NCBI GenBank assembly: GCA_036505355.1
Contig: DASXTP010000085.1
Location: 1,463 to 65,462, forward strand
DNA: 64,000 bases
Source of the DNA: Candidatus Eiseniibacteriota bacterium
GTDB taxonomy: Bacteria > Eisenbacteria > RBG-16-71-46
Direction of reading: 5' to 3'
In this document: positions 63,095 to 64,000 of the stretch, piece by piece
Layout: each line of letters begins with the position of its first letter
Position numbering within the stretch: the stretch's first letter is position 1
Translations under genes and position numbers: made by a program
The notes under the pieces: generated by a model
What the model saw: the letters and a program-made list of their open reading frames with translations, nothing else
What the model was told of the DNA's origin: nothing
Databases searched by the model: none

Positions 63095-64000
63095 GCCGAC
63101 CGGGCGTGCCGACCTTCTCGCCCTTGGGGTTGTAGATCCCGATCCGGGCGCCGACGTAGCGCCGGTACGACACCTCGGTAACTTCCACCGCCCCGTGGCC
63201 GCCCAGCAAGGCTTCCAACTGTGGGCGGGTGAGGTATCCCTCGTCGCTGAACGAGACCAGCAGGTGACGGGCGCGCACCGCCGCGATCACGTCGCCGAGT
63301 GCGGCTTCGATCTGTCCGCGGCGGTTGAATGGGCTTCCGCGCTCGCGCACGTCGGCGCGCTTCATGGCCACGCCGTAGACGGCCGGCCGGTCCCAGCGCA
63401 CCAGGGATTCCCAGACGTGGTAGTTGCCCAGGTAGGAATGCTGGTTGTAGGGCGGATCCAGGTACGCGACGTCCGCCCGGAAGCGCCGCGCGGCTTCTCG
63501 AGCGTCGAGGCACGAAGCCGACCCCCGGCCGGCCGACAGCTCGGGGACTCGCAGGCACAGCGGTTGGTGGGAGCGCGCCGACCAACGCTTGAGGTAGGCC
63601 ATCTGGACTCCGGTGGTGGAGTCCACCCGGTCCGCGGCCTCCATGAGGCTGGTGAGCGCGATCGCCTCGAGCTCGGGCTCGAGCGAAAGCCGCGCGATCC
63701 GCTCCCGGATCGCGTCCACCCGCGCCCCGTTGACGGGCTGCAGGTAGCGCGCCCGCACGCAGAAGGTCTCGGTGAACCAGCCGGTTCGCCCCGGCACGGC
63801 GTTCAGCTCGGCGATCAGCCGCTCGGTAGGCGCCTGCCAGCGCCGGCGATTGGCCTGCACGTAGCACGTAGCCAGCGTGGCGGCGTAGGAATTGTGGTCG
63901 TTGGCGTGGACTCGGTAGCCGCGGCGCTTCAAGGCCTGGGCGACCCGCGCGGTGCCCGAGAACAGGTCGAGCACGGAACGGACGCCATCCAACGCCTCGA
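62979..64000 (-). CDS. D12-class N6-adenine DNA methyltransferase (partial; 5' end probably beyond the window)
   Basis: It has the SAM-binding motif (VLDLFSGTARV) and the catalytic DPPY motif (AYLDPPYNQHSY). The M in the ORF track is a TTG at 63992, and the frame stays open to base 64000. Confidence 0.8.
   Translation of the reverse strand, partial: EALDGVRSVLDLFSGTARVAQALKRRGYRVHANDHNSYAATLATCYVQANRRRWQAPTERLIAELNAVPGRTGWFTETFCVRARYLQPVNGARVDAIRERIARLSLEPELEAIALTSLMEAADRVDSTTGVQMAYLKRWSARSHQPLCLRVPELSAGRGSASCLDAREAARRFRADVAYLDPPYNQHSYLGNYHVWESLVRWDRPAVYGVAMKRADVRERGSPFNRRGQIEAALGDVIAAVRARHLLVSFSDEGYLTRPQLEALLGGHGAVEVTEVSYRRYVGARIGIYNPKGEKVGTPGRLTNREWLFLVRGDAAGALGAPAAHSPGPKGESTRSAMR

Noticed and set aside
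1-64000. CRISPR arrays, IS elements, integrases, phage or plasmid genes, toxin-antitoxin or defence systems, and rRNA/tRNA genes.
   Set aside because: By-eye inspection found no direct-repeat/spacer periodicity, no transposase or recombinase motifs and no terminal inverted repeats. The window looks like core chromosome apart from the intein. A by-eye scan cannot exclude short or degenerate elements.

Overview
Very GC-rich bacterial chromosomal window. Third codon positions are overwhelmingly G/C, so the six-frame track is full of long spurious antisense and shadow ORFs. I called genes from recognisable protein families, RBS/start context and start-stop overlaps. No rRNA, tRNA, CRISPR array, transposase or integrase was seen, and the only mobile element is an intein.

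Content in order:
- 1-7.5 kb, minus strand: a CusCBA-type heavy-metal RND efflux operon with extra small Cys/His and cupredoxin genes.
- 7.75-10.4 kb: a Ser/Thr kinase fused to a PD40 beta-propeller, broken by three 1-nt indels.
- 10.6-14.7 kb: a CDF transporter, a translationally coupled GNAT-USP-lipoprotein operon, and a nucleotidyltransferase.
- 14.8-28.5 kb: a redox / extracellular-electron-transfer region. It holds an MtrA-type decaheme cytochrome, an MtrB/PioB-type outer-membrane barrel and a diheme cytochrome c lipoprotein. Next come a degenerate receiver protein, an NtrC-type sigma-54 activator and a cytoplasmic Cys-rich PAS histidine kinase. These are followed by a NuoE/F-like subunit with a Cys-type formate dehydrogenase alpha subunit, and then a Cyc2-like monoheme cytochrome-porin fusion. 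The formate dehydrogenase operon and the Cyc2-like gene are each preceded by a TGGCACG-N4-NTGCC sigma-54 promoter.
- 28.6-30.9 kb: an ADP-forming acyl-CoA synthetase.
- 31.9-50 kb: a Crp/Fnr regulator, then an almost gap-free plus-strand run from about 32.8 to 50 kb. This run is a clade II nosZ cluster (hemerythrin, cytochrome c, nosZ, nosB, nosD, nosF, nosL, small beta-sandwich ORF, nosY, nnrS) directly followed by a cbb3 oxidase and assembly cluster (fused ccoNO, ccoQ, ccoP, ccoG, fixH-like, TauE-like, ccoI, ccoS).
- 50-56 kb: a MoaD-like / BNR-propeller pair, an overlapping four-gene macro-DUF1697-DinB operon, and a large LVIVD-type secreted protein.
- 56-61.2 kb: a roughly 880 bp lower-GC noncoding region, then class II ribonucleotide reductase nrdJ carrying a LAGLIDADG intein at the catalytic cysteine.
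- 61.3-64 kb: a TPR protein and a partial D12-class DNA methyltransferase.

The most interesting hypothesis is that the sigma-54 two-component system co-regulates the formate dehydrogenase and the Cyc2-like outer-membrane cytochrome beside the MtrAB module. This rests on sequence motifs and gene context only.
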